The notes: generated from the letters alone by a model not told the origin. Shown: positions 39,378 through 49,203, counted from the stretch's first letter. The stretch is 64,000 nt of DNA from Limnochordia bacterium (GCA_050951545.1 JBMNJG010000003.1:32001-96000), one strand, 5' to 3'. Numbers and translations: made by a program.

Positions 39378-39893
39378 TCAACTTAGGAAGTGAAACGGTG
39401 AGCTGATGCTCTCGGGCTTCCACTCACTGGGTCGCTGACCCGGTAATGATCGGCCAGCCCAATTGCGCGGCGTCGTCGCATGGTTCGAACGCAATAGGGT
39501 GACGAAGACGTTGTACACATTACGCGTGCCCACATCAAGCACATAGGTCTTTCCGGGCAGCAGACTATGAAAAAACCAGTTGTCGGTCAAGCGAGACGTA
39601 TTCACTTCCTGAATAACACGTGGACCATCGTCTACGTCATCAATCATGTATAGGCGAAGGACCAAGGGTAGTTCGTCCCAATCGCACCCAAAATGACGCG
39701 ATGTCATTTCCCGGAATTCCGGAGTCAGCTCCCAGTAGGCATACAGACTCTGGGGATCGCGAGTCATGAGGTCCACGCGAGTGACACCATGAAACGTAGG
39801 AAATGGCGGCGGTGCGAAGCTTGACGCGACCCCGGCCTCGGCACGTGCATCAGAAGAGCGGATCGTGGCACCTGCCGCGAGGTTATCAGGCAC
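39378..39893 (-). CDS. DUF4912 domain protein
   Basis: LMTRDPQSLYAYWE, LRLY, NWF and RSNHATTP; GTG start after AAAGGAGG. Confidence 0.85.
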   Translation of the reverse strand: MPDNLAAGATIRSSDARAEAGVASSFAPPPFPTFHGVTRVDLMTRDPQSLYAYWELTPEFREMTSRHFGCDWDELPLVLRLYMIDDVDDGPRVIQEVNTSRLTDNWFFHSLLPGKTYVLDVGTRNVYNVFVTLLRSNHATTPRNWAGRSLPGQRPSEWKPESISSPFHFLS

Positions 39894-39930
39894 GGGGCCC
39901 CCTCCTTTCACTCAGAACAACATCACTACC

Positions 39931-39961
39931 AAGTATGGCGTCCAGCGCCGGTTGGTATGCA
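39931..39961 (-). promoter_or_regulatory. Sporulation sigma-type promoter (SigG/SigE-like)
   Basis: TGCATA-18bp-CATACTT upstream of the DUF4912 gene. Confidence 0.55.
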
Positions 39962-40100
39962 CGATACATGCGAGATTCTTTCCACCGCAAGAAAGGCACA
40001 GCAAAGGCCTTGAATAGGAAGGATAACGGTTATGGGTGTCGAAGCAGCCGATAGTGCTTCTATCGGAAAGCACGACTAATCTCTGTGTGAGGTGATCTTA

Positions 40101-41027
40101 GTGTTATCCAATTCGTCAGATCGTGTGGCGGACAAGATGGACGGGTACCTCTTCTATCTTCTTTACGAGCGAGGCCTCAGCAAGAACACCATCATTCACT
40201 ACAGTCATGATCTCTCCCTATTCATGCGCTACATGGCTAGACAGTTAAGTATTGAGCCCCTTCAGTTGCGTCTGGCCGCGATTACCCCTGAGCACATCTG
40301 TAGTTTCCTGGACTACTTAAGAGATGAACGCGGCAACACCAATCGCAGTACTAAGCGACGACTCGCCGCATTGCGCTCGTTTTTTGACTACATAGTCGCT
40401 GTGGCCTCTACGCCCAGCAAACCATTACGCAATCCAGCGTCAGTTGTGCTACCTCCGTCAGCACCGGAACCTTTGCCAAGCCCTCTCTCACTTGAGGACT
40501 CCGTTTCCCTTTTGCGGGCTGTACGCGCACACGGCCCTAACCCCAAACGTGACTATGCCATCATGCGCCTGTTTCTGCACTGCGGGGCCCGCTTGTCAGA
40601 GGTTCTGGAGCTGAACCGGGAACACATCAGTCTCGAAGGGGAATTCGTGCGTCTTGACGCGTTTGGCGTGCGTGATCGTCTAATACCACTAAGCGAGGAA
40701 ACTGGCAACGCGCTAGCAGCCTATCTTAAGGCACGCCCAACAGTCTCGTCACCACGAGTATTCATCAACCGCAATGGAAGACCCATCAGCAAAGGTGCCA
40801 TTTACCATGCGATAGACAAATGTGCTTCGGCGGCTTCGCTATCGCACAAGAAGGTCACGGTGAGCATGCTCCGTCACACCTGCTTTACACTGCTCGCAAA
40901 GGAGGGATTCACTGCTGAGGAGCTGCAGACACTCGCCGGCCTTCGCAGGATACAGACCCCGCGCGCCTACCTGCGCCTAGCCAGTAAGGAACAACAGACA
41001 CCTGATGGTTCTAACGCTGATGACTGA
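40101..41027 (+). CDS. XerC/XerD-like tyrosine recombinase family protein (degenerate active site)
   Basis: ERGLSKNTI..Y..DL, RRLAALRSFF, RDYAI..LFLHCGARLSE and MLRHT; GTG at 40101 after GAGGTG. Confidence 0.85.
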   Translation: MLSNSSDRVADKMDGYLFYLLYERGLSKNTIIHYSHDLSLFMRYMARQLSIEPLQLRLAAITPEHICSFLDYLRDERGNTNRSTKRRLAALRSFFDYIVAVASTPSKPLRNPASVVLPPSAPEPLPSPLSLEDSVSLLRAVRAHGPNPKRDYAIMRLFLHCGARLSEVLELNREHISLEGEFVRLDAFGVRDRLIPLSEETGNALAAYLKARPTVSSPRVFINRNGRPISKGAIYHAIDKCASAASLSHKKVTVSMLRHTCFTLLAKEGFTAEELQTLAGLRRIQTPRAYLRLASKEQQTPDGSNADD

Positions 41028-41042
41028 AGAACTCAAGCGAAC

Positions 41043-41090
41043 CAGGAGACGGCGGCTCACCATGACGTTGCCGTCTCCTGCCTGGCTCCC
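41043..41090. terminator. Hairpin after the Xer-like gene
   Basis: CAGGAGACGGC...GCCGTCTCCTG inverted repeat. Confidence 0.5.
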
Positions 41091-41289
41091 GCTATCACTC
41101 GCTGAACCGGGATCCGTTCTGTACCAATGGGTGACGTAACAGCTACGAAGACGTTTGTCTGCAGCAATCGGCCCCAAGCACCAATCTGCAAAATCCCTCT
41201 TGTGCGCATTGCCAGTGCGCGATATCGTTGAATAAGGTATGCTGCAAGCTGGTGGACGCAAGGACAACCATTGGGAGGGGCTCACACCA

Positions 41290-42960
41290 TTGGCTCGGAT
41301 CGTCATTGTCGGTGGAGTTGCAGGGGGCATGAGTGCTGCAGCGCGCCTGCGTAGGCTCGACGAATCAGCTGAGATCATCGTTTTTGAAAGAGGTCCGTTC
41401 GTCTCGTTCGCCAACTGTGGCCTTCCTTACTATGCCAGCGGGGTCATTCCCGAGCGCGATGAGCTCATCGTTGAGGATGCGCCATCCCTACGGGCCCAGT
41501 TGCTCCTGGACATCCGTACTGAGACAAACGTCGTATCGATCAATCGCACAGCCAAGACGATTGCTGTGGAGGATACCAATAGGCAACGCAGCGAGGAAGC
41601 CTATGACACGTTGATTCTCTCTCCGGGAGCCGCTGCGGTGCGACCACCCATCCCCGGTGTTGATGATAGCCGCATTCACACGATTCGGTCCATCCCGGAT
41701 ATTGATGCCCTGAAAAGCCGCCTCGACACAGGAAAGCTGCGAGAGGCAGTAGTGGTAGGCGGCGGATTCATCGGAGTGGAGATGGCTGACAATCTACTGC
41801 GAGCCAATGTCAAGGTACACCTGGTGGAAATGACCAACCAAGTGCTATCCAACATGCTCGATCCAGATATGGCTGCCTTCGCGCATGCGCACCTGCGCAG
41901 CAAGGGTCTTCATCTTCACTTTGGCTCACCAGTACATGAGTTCGTCGATCACGACGGTCAGCTTGCCGTCGTCTTGAGCAACGGCTCTTACCTGAAGGCC
42001 GATGCAGTGATCCTAGCCATCGGTGTGCGACCCGAAGTGAACCTGGCTGTAGCGGCCGGGTTGGCCTTGGGGCTCCGCGGAGGCATCGCTGTGGACGAGT
42101 ACCTGCGCACTTCAGATCCTCATATCTACGCCATAGGCGATGCCATCGAAGCACGAGATGTTGTGACGGGCTCTCAGACCCTCGTTGCCCTGGCTGGCCC
42201 TGCTAACAAGCAAGGCCGCCTTGTGGCGGACAATATCTATGGCCGCCGTGTCCCCTACAAGGGCACCCAAGGAACAGCGATAGTCGACGCCCTCGGTATG
42301 GTCGCTGCGGGAACAGGAGCCACTTCGGCAGCCTTGAAGCGAGCAGGGCTCCCCCATCTGGCATCCGTCATCCATGCTTACTCCAACGCCGCCTACTTCC
42401 CCGGTGCCACACCTCTGACCATCAAACTGCTTTTCGACCAGAAAGGGCGCATTCTTGGTGCTCAGGTTGTTGGGGAAAAAGGAGTTGACAAGCGAATCGA
42501 TGTTCTCGCCACCGCATTGCGGCTGGGAGCTACGGTCTACGATCTGCAAGAGCTCGAGCTGGCCTATGCACCGCAGTTTGGATCAGCAAAAGACCCCGTA
42601 AACATAGCCGGATATGTAGCAGGCAACATTCTGGCTGGTGATGTGACGACGGTGCAGGCCACACAGGTCCCTGACCTCGAGAACATCGCCACGTTTCTTG
42701 ATGTTCGCGAGCCTGAGGAGCATGCCCGAGGCTCTATCCCAGGGAGCCTGAACATCCCACTGGCCCAGCTCCGAGAACGCCTAAGCGAGATTCCCCGCGG
42801 GAAACCAGTAGTCGTCTACTGCCAGGTTGGACGACGGGCATACATCGCCTGTCGCGCGCTGAGACAGCTTGGCCTTGATGTCGCCAACCTCGCTGGCGGA
42901 TGGCGCTCCTACGCAGCGCTGAAGTCAGAAGAAAGCAGAGCCATGAGCCTAACACACTAG
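41290..42960 (+). CDS. CoA-disulfide reductase with C-terminal rhodanese domain
   Basis: GGVAGGMSAA, SFANCGLPY, GGGFIGVE, LAYAPQF and rhodanese YCQVGRR; TTG start at 41290. Confidence 0.92.
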   Translation: MARIVIVGGVAGGMSAAARLRRLDESAEIIVFERGPFVSFANCGLPYYASGVIPERDELIVEDAPSLRAQLLLDIRTETNVVSINRTAKTIAVEDTNRQRSEEAYDTLILSPGAAAVRPPIPGVDDSRIHTIRSIPDIDALKSRLDTGKLREAVVVGGGFIGVEMADNLLRANVKVHLVEMTNQVLSNMLDPDMAAFAHAHLRSKGLHLHFGSPVHEFVDHDGQLAVVLSNGSYLKADAVILAIGVRPEVNLAVAAGLALGLRGGIAVDEYLRTSDPHIYAIGDAIEARDVVTGSQTLVALAGPANKQGRLVADNIYGRRVPYKGTQGTAIVDALGMVAAGTGATSAALKRAGLPHLASVIHAYSNAAYFPGATPLTIKLLFDQKGRILGAQVVGEKGVDKRIDVLATALRLGATVYDLQELELAYAPQFGSAKDPVNIAGYVAGNILAGDVTTVQATQVPDLENIATFLDVREPEEHARGSIPGSLNIPLAQLRERLSEIPRGKPVVVYCQVGRRAYIACRALRQLGLDVANLAGGWRSYAALKSEESRAMSLTH

Positions 42961-43001
42961 GACTCATCGAGAAGCGGTATGTGCCTGTTTCGGGCTGCTA
43001 G

Positions 43002-43038
43002 AGTCTTCCATCCCTCCACCGGGGAGGGATGGAAGACT
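43002..43038. terminator. Perfect 16-bp hairpin between convergent genes
   Basis: AGTCTTCCATCCCTCC-ACCGG-GGAGGGATGGAAGACT. Confidence 0.65.
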
Positions 43039-43086
43039 ATGGATCACGAAACACACGCGCTAGTTACTCGCATGTATTCTGGTACC

Positions 43087-45630
43087 TCAAAGCGTGTTGA
43101 TGCCGGAAATACCGAGAAGAAGGATGCTGGCGTCGGTTTCGTCGTTTCCAGAGCAGAGAATACTCGTAATCTCACGCTCGGGATGAGGGTTGACCCACTC
43201 GAAGCCGAGCGCCGTGACATCGCGCCCGTCGCTGGTCTTAGCCTGCAGCAGGGGATCACCCCAATAGGTCGCGATATAACCCTGATGGCGATAGTACTGC
43301 TGTGGCAGAGGATCGCCATACCGTCTGGTGTAGACGCAGATGTTCCCCGCATATTCGATAGGTATATCGACCTGTGAACCGTCTACATATCGCACCGTAT
43401 ACCGACCGACCTCGGTCAGCGGTTTCCATGCAACACGCGGAGCGTTGTTTTCGGTCGCGTGCAGGAAAACGAGCCTTTGGAATGAGGCAGACACGGGAAT
43501 CTCAACGGGTGCGCAGGACAACCTTTGCGCGTAGGTGAAATCGAAAGTGCAATCTTCCAGAACATTTGCAGAGTGCTTGAGAGCTTCTGCTACCGCAGCT
43601 GGCAGCCTTGGAGCAGAAGTGATGGGCAGTGCAACCGCCTCGGATCGCACGGGATGGTCGATCGGCTTGGCGATGCCACGCACTTCGTCGCGCAGACGAG
43701 GCATCCGTTTGGCAATCCATGCGGTATACACCTCGCGGGCGCGTGAGTCGTACTCTTCTGACCAGAGCATCTCAGCCGAATACATCACATCGAATATCTT
43801 TCCTTTTTTGGCGAGCGTATGTTCGTCGAAGCGGCACCAGGTGGAGACCTGTCCTCCGATGATACCCTCTTTGGCGATGCGTTGCTCATATCGCGGATAA
43901 TGGCTTGAATACATGTTCCCCATGATGACCTTATAGCCAAAGGGTAGAATGTTATCTTCCATATCAAGGTCAAAATGAAAATACCAGATGAAATCCAGCA
44001 TCACAATGTCCCGTGGCAGGCGTTCGATGGCCGTGTGGGTCTTATACCGCCGCTCCGTAGGGTGCAGCATGTCGCACCAGATCATCATTTTCAGGCCTTT
44101 TTTGGCCAGATAGTCGTGCATGCGCGTAACATGGAGTGCGTACAAATCAGCATGGTCTTGGTCGCGACAACGAGGACAGAGCCCTATCTGATAGATTTCG
44201 TCGTGCCCCATATGTACGTAACGCTCCGGGCCAACGACCTCCACAATCTCGTCGATGATGTCGTAGATGAGCTCGTAGCTCTTGTCATGCAGAGGGCAAT
44301 AGGAGTGGTGATAGTATGTGCTAGGTGGCTGGTCAGCGCTGCGGGTATCGAGCTTTTTGCTGTTTTCTACGCTTTCTGCCACCTCCGCTATTTCGGGGTG
44401 GGCATAGGTGATGTACTGGACATGCCCGAAGGACTGTACCTCCGGGATCACCTCAAAGCCGAAGCTTTTGCTATACTCTACAAACTCCCGCACCTCTTCT
44501 TTCTCAAGCAAACCCCCACCTGCCACCATCTCACCGTGCGGGAAGGCTGGCTGCGTACCCGCCTTGGCCGCGCGATTGCCACGCTCCCACGCCTCGCTGA
44601 TCTCCGGGTGTCTGTCAAACCGCATCCCACCAGCGAACTCAATGAATAAGGTGTTGTAGCGCATCGGAATCAACACATAGCGGATCAAGCGCCGCGCGAA
44701 AGCCAACTCCTCACGAGGAGGAAGCCCGAAATGGAAGCCACGCACGGGCACGCGGGGCTCGTCATCAATCTCGCAATATGGCAGCGCACCGTTAGAGGCC
44801 AGCTGGAGAGTGCTCTCAACAGCATACAGCAGACCAAGTCTACACGACGCGAACAACTCCACGCCGTCAGAGTTGACGCGGACGCGGTAGCCCTCGGAGG
44901 GGATACTGTCATCCAACCCGATGGAGACAGAGCCCTTCTGGGAAGGGATAACGGGTATGTCGATGCCGAAATACTCTGCAAAACGCTCCCGTAAATACGA
45001 CGCGGCAAATGTCGCATCGGTTGACGATTCGAGTGCTGCAATGGATTCTAGTGCGGCAAGAGGGTAATGGCCAACATAGTACCGGATATCCGCGGGTGTT
45101 GGGTAGATGTCCGGTTCGTCGGAATCTGCACCAATGAGGACCAGGTCTTCTACGACGATGTCTTTAAGGTCGGCCTGAAAACGAACAACAATCACCGCCG
45201 CCCGGACTCCGATGGGAATCGTGAGTTCTCCACTCAACAGTCCGCCGGTCTGTGCGTCATAGCGGCCCACGCAAGAAAGCTCGTCTTCGACAAGAGAGAA
45301 GACTTCAACAGATCCTACAGCGGAACGATCAGCAAGCTTTAGGCAGACCGCTCCGACAAAGACCTCCCTGCCTAGACTGAAGCGGATATCAACACCAGTG
45401 TCCATCAGCGAGCTCCACTTCCAGCCGACGGGGGATCCAGTACCAAGGCTACCACTGCCGAACGGTATTTCGCCCGTATCGGCACCGCCTGAATCAAAGG
45501 CCAGATCGGGTGGAAAAGGGGTAAGTGTTCCCCGATGGAAAAACCTATAGCTCCCTGTGAGATTGGTGCGGTCCATGTTCAATTGGCCGATATACATATC
45601 TGCGTGTCGGTCGATTCGGCGCACGACCAA
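43087..45630 (-). CDS. GH20 family glycoside hydrolase (beta-N-acetylhexosaminidase-like)
   Basis: GH20b domain (EGYRVRV...GLLYAVESTLQL..IDDEP..RGFH), IPEVQSFGH and catalytic HMGHDE. Confidence 0.85.
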   Translation of the reverse strand: MVVRRIDRHADMYIGQLNMDRTNLTGSYRFFHRGTLTPFPPDLAFDSGGADTGEIPFGSGSLGTGSPVGWKWSSLMDTGVDIRFSLGREVFVGAVCLKLADRSAVGSVEVFSLVEDELSCVGRYDAQTGGLLSGELTIPIGVRAAVIVVRFQADLKDIVVEDLVLIGADSDEPDIYPTPADIRYYVGHYPLAALESIAALESSTDATFAASYLRERFAEYFGIDIPVIPSQKGSVSIGLDDSIPSEGYRVRVNSDGVELFASCRLGLLYAVESTLQLASNGALPYCEIDDEPRVPVRGFHFGLPPREELAFARRLIRYVLIPMRYNTLFIEFAGGMRFDRHPEISEAWERGNRAAKAGTQPAFPHGEMVAGGGLLEKEEVREFVEYSKSFGFEVIPEVQSFGHVQYITYAHPEIAEVAESVENSKKLDTRSADQPPSTYYHHSYCPLHDKSYELIYDIIDEIVEVVGPERYVHMGHDEIYQIGLCPRCRDQDHADLYALHVTRMHDYLAKKGLKMMIWCDMLHPTERRYKTHTAIERLPRDIVMLDFIWYFHFDLDMEDNILPFGYKVIMGNMYSSHYPRYEQRIAKEGIIGGQVSTWCRFDEHTLAKKGKIFDVMYSAEMLWSEEYDSRAREVYTAWIAKRMPRLRDEVRGIAKPIDHPVRSEAVALPITSAPRLPAAVAEALKHSANVLEDCTFDFTYAQRLSCAPVEIPVSASFQRLVFLHATENNAPRVAWKPLTEVGRYTVRYVDGSQVDIPIEYAGNICVYTRRYGDPLPQQYYRHQGYIATYWGDPLLQAKTSDGRDVTALGFEWVNPHPEREITSILCSGNDETDASILLLGISGINTL

Positions 45631-45786
45631 ACCAACCTAATCCTCCCTCATTGTCTAGTGATCATACTTCTCGCCACTTGTGGCGTTCCTATCCATGCCT
45701 CTTTGTTTCCCCTTTCTCCTCGGTTCCCCTGCACTTCCACGCGTTGATAATAGACATGATCACATCGCCAGTCCACCTGCTGTAGA

Positions 45787-45836
45787 ATCGGGCAGGAGCG
45801 GGGTCCCCCCGTTGGCCGCCCACACCACCCAGCATG
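45787..45836 (-). mobile_element. Probable group IIC intron 3' remnant (3' half of domain V + domain VI)
   Basis: CATGCTGGGTGGTGTGGGCGGCCAACGGGGGGACCCCGCTCCTGCCCGAT resembles IIC ends (...GGTGGTGTG.GAGG...CCCC.CTCCTACCCGAT); no RT ORF nearby. Confidence 0.5.
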
Positions 45837-45936
45837 AGATATGCGCCCTCTCTCTTTTTGGAAGCAGAAAAAGCACAGTTTGGCAATCTAGAATAGGGGG
45901 TTAGCGCGCCAACATTCATGATATGTCGAGACCAAA

Positions 45937-47157
45937 GATCAAGTCCTAGTTGTTGGTGCAAAATCGTTCCCTAGTAAGGTGGCTGTTAATCAGGCTGCTT
46001 TTGCTTCCTGAATCGCAGCTTTGCTCTGCTTTTCGTCCTCTTGCTGTGCCTTCCATGTCCAGTAGTCTTTCATGTCGAAATATCGGTGCCCGGTCATCCA
46101 CTGTTCGTCTTGTTCCATCAGGACGGCTCCTTGCAGTCGGAACGCTGAGTCGACGTTAGGGAAGATACGAATCACGCGTTCTCGACGACGTACTTCCTCG
46201 TTCAGCCTCTCCACAGCGTTAGTGCTCCTTAGGCACCTGCGATAGCGCAGGGGGCAAGGCCAGGACGGCCATGGTGTCCTCGAAACCCTCTTCTAGGCAC
46301 TCCGCCACCCTTGGTGCTACCGCTATGTACTCCTAAAAAATCTCGCGCAGATGCCGTCTGGCCGTTCTCATATCGAGGTGACCAGGTCGACGCCAGACAG
46401 TCCACGCTCCTTGAGCCAGCCAAAAAAGTCCGACCAGCTATCCTCAGATTCACTGTCCCCGATCTGAAAGCCGAGGATCTCCCGATGGCCCTCAGCACTC
46501 ACCCCGACTGCTATGAGGCAGCACTGAGACTGCACACGGCCATCTATACGCACTTTGACATACATGCCGTCGACCAAGACAAAGGGGTGGAGTTGACCCG
46601 ACAGGTTTCGGTCGTTCCAGCTCCAGACGAGGGGATCCAGTTGCTTGCATAGCTCCGACACTGTCGACTTCGAGAAGCTGGTGCCGCATAGCTCCTCGGT
46701 GGTACGCTGCACCTTCCGCGTGGAGACGCCGTTGATGACCATCTCCATCCAACGGCTTGCTCACTACGCTAGTAACGCTCAAACAGCTCTGTGGACAAGC
46801 TGCCACTCCGCACAGGCGCGGGACCTGAAGCTCCTGCCGTCCCACTCGCGTTTTCATACTCCTCGGTCGGTACCCGTTACGGTATCCCAGTCGATCCTCG
46901 GTACGCTCGTAGGGTGCCGCCCCGAGCTGTTCAGTGGCCTGCACGTTCAGCACCTGGTTCAGCTCCACAAGCTTCGCCATACCCTCTCCTCCAGGAAAAA
47001 GCACTGCAGGATCTCGCCATTCACGGTAATCTGCTACTGGGCCATCGTCTTCCTCCTTAGCTGACTTCTAGTCAATCTCACCCTTACCAGAGGAACGATC
47101 GCCCTTCCTGCTACAGCGGGGCCGCTATGCTTTTTACACCATCTTACCGAACGCTAC
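45937..47157 (-). mobile_element. Decayed IS256-family element (transposase pseudogene)
   Basis: Fragments GYRNGYRPR..KTRVG, EMVINGVSTRKV, LVDGMYVKVR, REILGF and ERLNEEVRRRERVIRIFPN in different frames; early stop (ATG GCC CAG TAG); imperfect terminal inverted repeats. Confidence 0.88.
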
Positions 47158-47203
47158 TTGCCGAGAGGTCTTATGCTTCTTTTTCATGGCAATGGCACTC
47201 AAG

Positions 47204-47550
47204 CTACTGCGCCCTTGATGCCCACGCCCTATCCAGATCCGCTTGGTACCGACTGTTGATGCGGTTGATGGCTTCATGTAGGTCAATCTGGCCCCATAGA
47301 CCCCGTAGGAGGAGTTCGCTTTCGGCTTGTATAACCCCGGCCATACCCGTGGGGGCACCGACGCTATAGTGGTCTAGCACCTGATACCAGTCTTTCATGT
47401 AGGGCGCTGCCTTGGTGAGGCCTGCGGCCACGTCATGCCTGCTGGGAAGGCTCTGGGTGTAGAGGTGATAGGCTACCGTGTTTTCAGGTTCCAGAAGCCA
47501 CTTGATCAGCTCCCACGCTACGGCAGGGTCGCGAGTGGAATGCACTATAC
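47204..47550 (-). pseudogene. C-terminal fragment of a sugar-binding protein
   Basis: STRDPAVAWELIKWLLEPEN...LPSR...GQIDLHEA resembles SBP C termini; N-terminal part absent. Confidence 0.65.
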
Positions 47551-47679
47551 CTATGAGCTTATAGTACGCAGGGGCCTTTGGTACCGAACCAGGATAGCGG
47601 CTGGGTGCCTGATCAGACCGTGCAATCGAATTTGCCCAAATCGATGCTAACCAGTCTTCCGTTCAACACGTTTCGAGTG

Positions 47680-48741
47680 TCAATGTAATCGGGTGGGCCG
47701 TGCCCCCTTGCGGGATAGGGCCGTTAAGCGGCGGTAGTCCGGTGCAAGCAAGGGGTCAATACGGACTGCTTCGCTGTCAACCTCTGCGCCTTGGATGTCG
47801 TGCAGACGCCTTTCAATGACCATGAGCGTGGGCCGATTTGGCAAAACTCCGGTGAGCACGTAGCGGTTGTGTATCGGGTCGCCTACGATATCTAGCCCGC
47901 CGAGCCAGCGCTGGGTCTGATCGCCAGAAAAAAGTACCTCATAGGCCACGGATTCCATGAATTGCTGTCGCCCAAGGGCTCCTAGCCAACCCAGCATTCC
48001 GGTATGGCAGAAAGCCCATAAAGCATAGATCGGGATAGCGAAGATAATCATGAAAGGCCAAGCTAGTATGTCATAAAAGAAGGCAGCATCGATCGATCCC
48101 ATGCCCGCCCACACCAAGAAGCTGAAGACCAACGGCATTACGAACTCGTCGACATAAAATCCGAAGTTCGACTGCCCAGCGAAAGCAAATCCTGTCTCAA
48201 TAGCCTCCGGCCAGCGGGCGCGTATCTTTTGTCTCAGCAATCCTGCCGCTGACCCTAATACCGTGTAGATCAGCAGAGCATTCGCTTTGGCCGCCAAAGA
48301 CCAATCCGTCAGCTGCACGAAGCGCCGTAGGATATAGACATACAAGACAAACGTCGTAACCAGCCCCGCCGCTACCCCACTCCAAGCAACTGAGTGTCTG
48401 TCGCAATATCTGAGGCGCAAAGCCGGGGATAACGCCACGTACATTTTGCTTTCGTCTTTCCCGACCACCGCGGTTCTTCTGCCATGCGTCATGAAAACAG
48501 CTAGTACGGCTATTCCCCATATCCCATGCAATGAGCCCTGCCAGACCCCTGGAGTTATAGCCATGAATGCCACCAAATAGACGATGTCCCGCGTCATCGC
48601 GGGGGGGTATCGTTTTTCCCGGGTCCACGCAAAAGCATGAGCAAACACCTTATACCACAGGACAGTGACAATGAGTAACACGGGACCATAAAGGATGCTC
48701 AAATAAGGGCCGGTCAACCATCTATATCTGGTTTCAGACAT
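47680..48741 (-). CDS. Hypothetical multi-pass membrane protein
   Basis: AAAGGAGG SD, 353 aa, about 6-7 hydrophobic segments and a soluble C-terminal tail. Confidence 0.7.
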   Translation of the reverse strand: MSETRYRWLTGPYLSILYGPVLLIVTVLWYKVFAHAFAWTREKRYPPAMTRDIVYLVAFMAITPGVWQGSLHGIWGIAVLAVFMTHGRRTAVVGKDESKMYVALSPALRLRYCDRHSVAWSGVAAGLVTTFVLYVYILRRFVQLTDWSLAAKANALLIYTVLGSAAGLLRQKIRARWPEAIETGFAFAGQSNFGFYVDEFVMPLVFSFLVWAGMGSIDAAFFYDILAWPFMIIFAIPIYALWAFCHTGMLGWLGALGRQQFMESVAYEVLFSGDQTQRWLGGLDIVGDPIHNRYVLTGVLPNRPTLMVIERRLHDIQGAEVDSEAVRIDPLLAPDYRRLTALSRKGARPTRLH

Positions 48742-48865
48742 GGGGGGCCTCCTTTGGGCACTTTGCCCCCGACACCGTTAACGGTACGGATGGGCTCCGA
48801 GCTGATCGAGCACCCGCAAAGCCGCACGGGTCGCCCAAAAAGCGTTCTCTCCTGTTGCGAGGAAT

Positions 48866-49203
48866 CGCTGCCACGAGATGCCCTGGAAGTGCCGCTGGGC
48901 GGCCTTGACCAGGCCCTAGTGGTTGTCAGAGGTGACCAGATCGACACCAGACAAGCCACGCCCCTTGAGCCAGCTGAAGAACTCTGACCAGCTGTCCTCA
49001 GACTCGCTGTCGCCGATCTGGAAGCCAAGAATCTCCCGATAGCCCTCGGCGTTCACCCGACTGCTATGAGGCAGCACTGAGACCGCACACGGTCATTCAC
49101 GCGCACTTTGACATACCTGCCGTCCACCAAGACGAAGGGGTAGGCTTGTCCCGAAAGATCTCTCTCATTCCAGCCCTGGGCGATCGGATCCAGTTGCTTG
49201 CAG
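48866..49203 (-). mobile_element. Internal IS256 transposase fragment
   Basis: CKQLDP..WNERDLS..YPFVLVDG.YVKVR...WSEFFSWLKGRGLSGVDLVTSD; paralogous to the element at 46-47 kb; contains a frameshift and a stop. Confidence 0.8.

Noticed and set aside
40101-41027. Xer-like gene as the integrase of a prophage or ICE
   Set aside because: No att repeats, adjacent tRNA, phage or conjugation genes, and the catalytic residues are degenerate.
43975-44649. 224-aa plus-strand ORF
   Set aside because: Antisense shadow of the GH20 gene.
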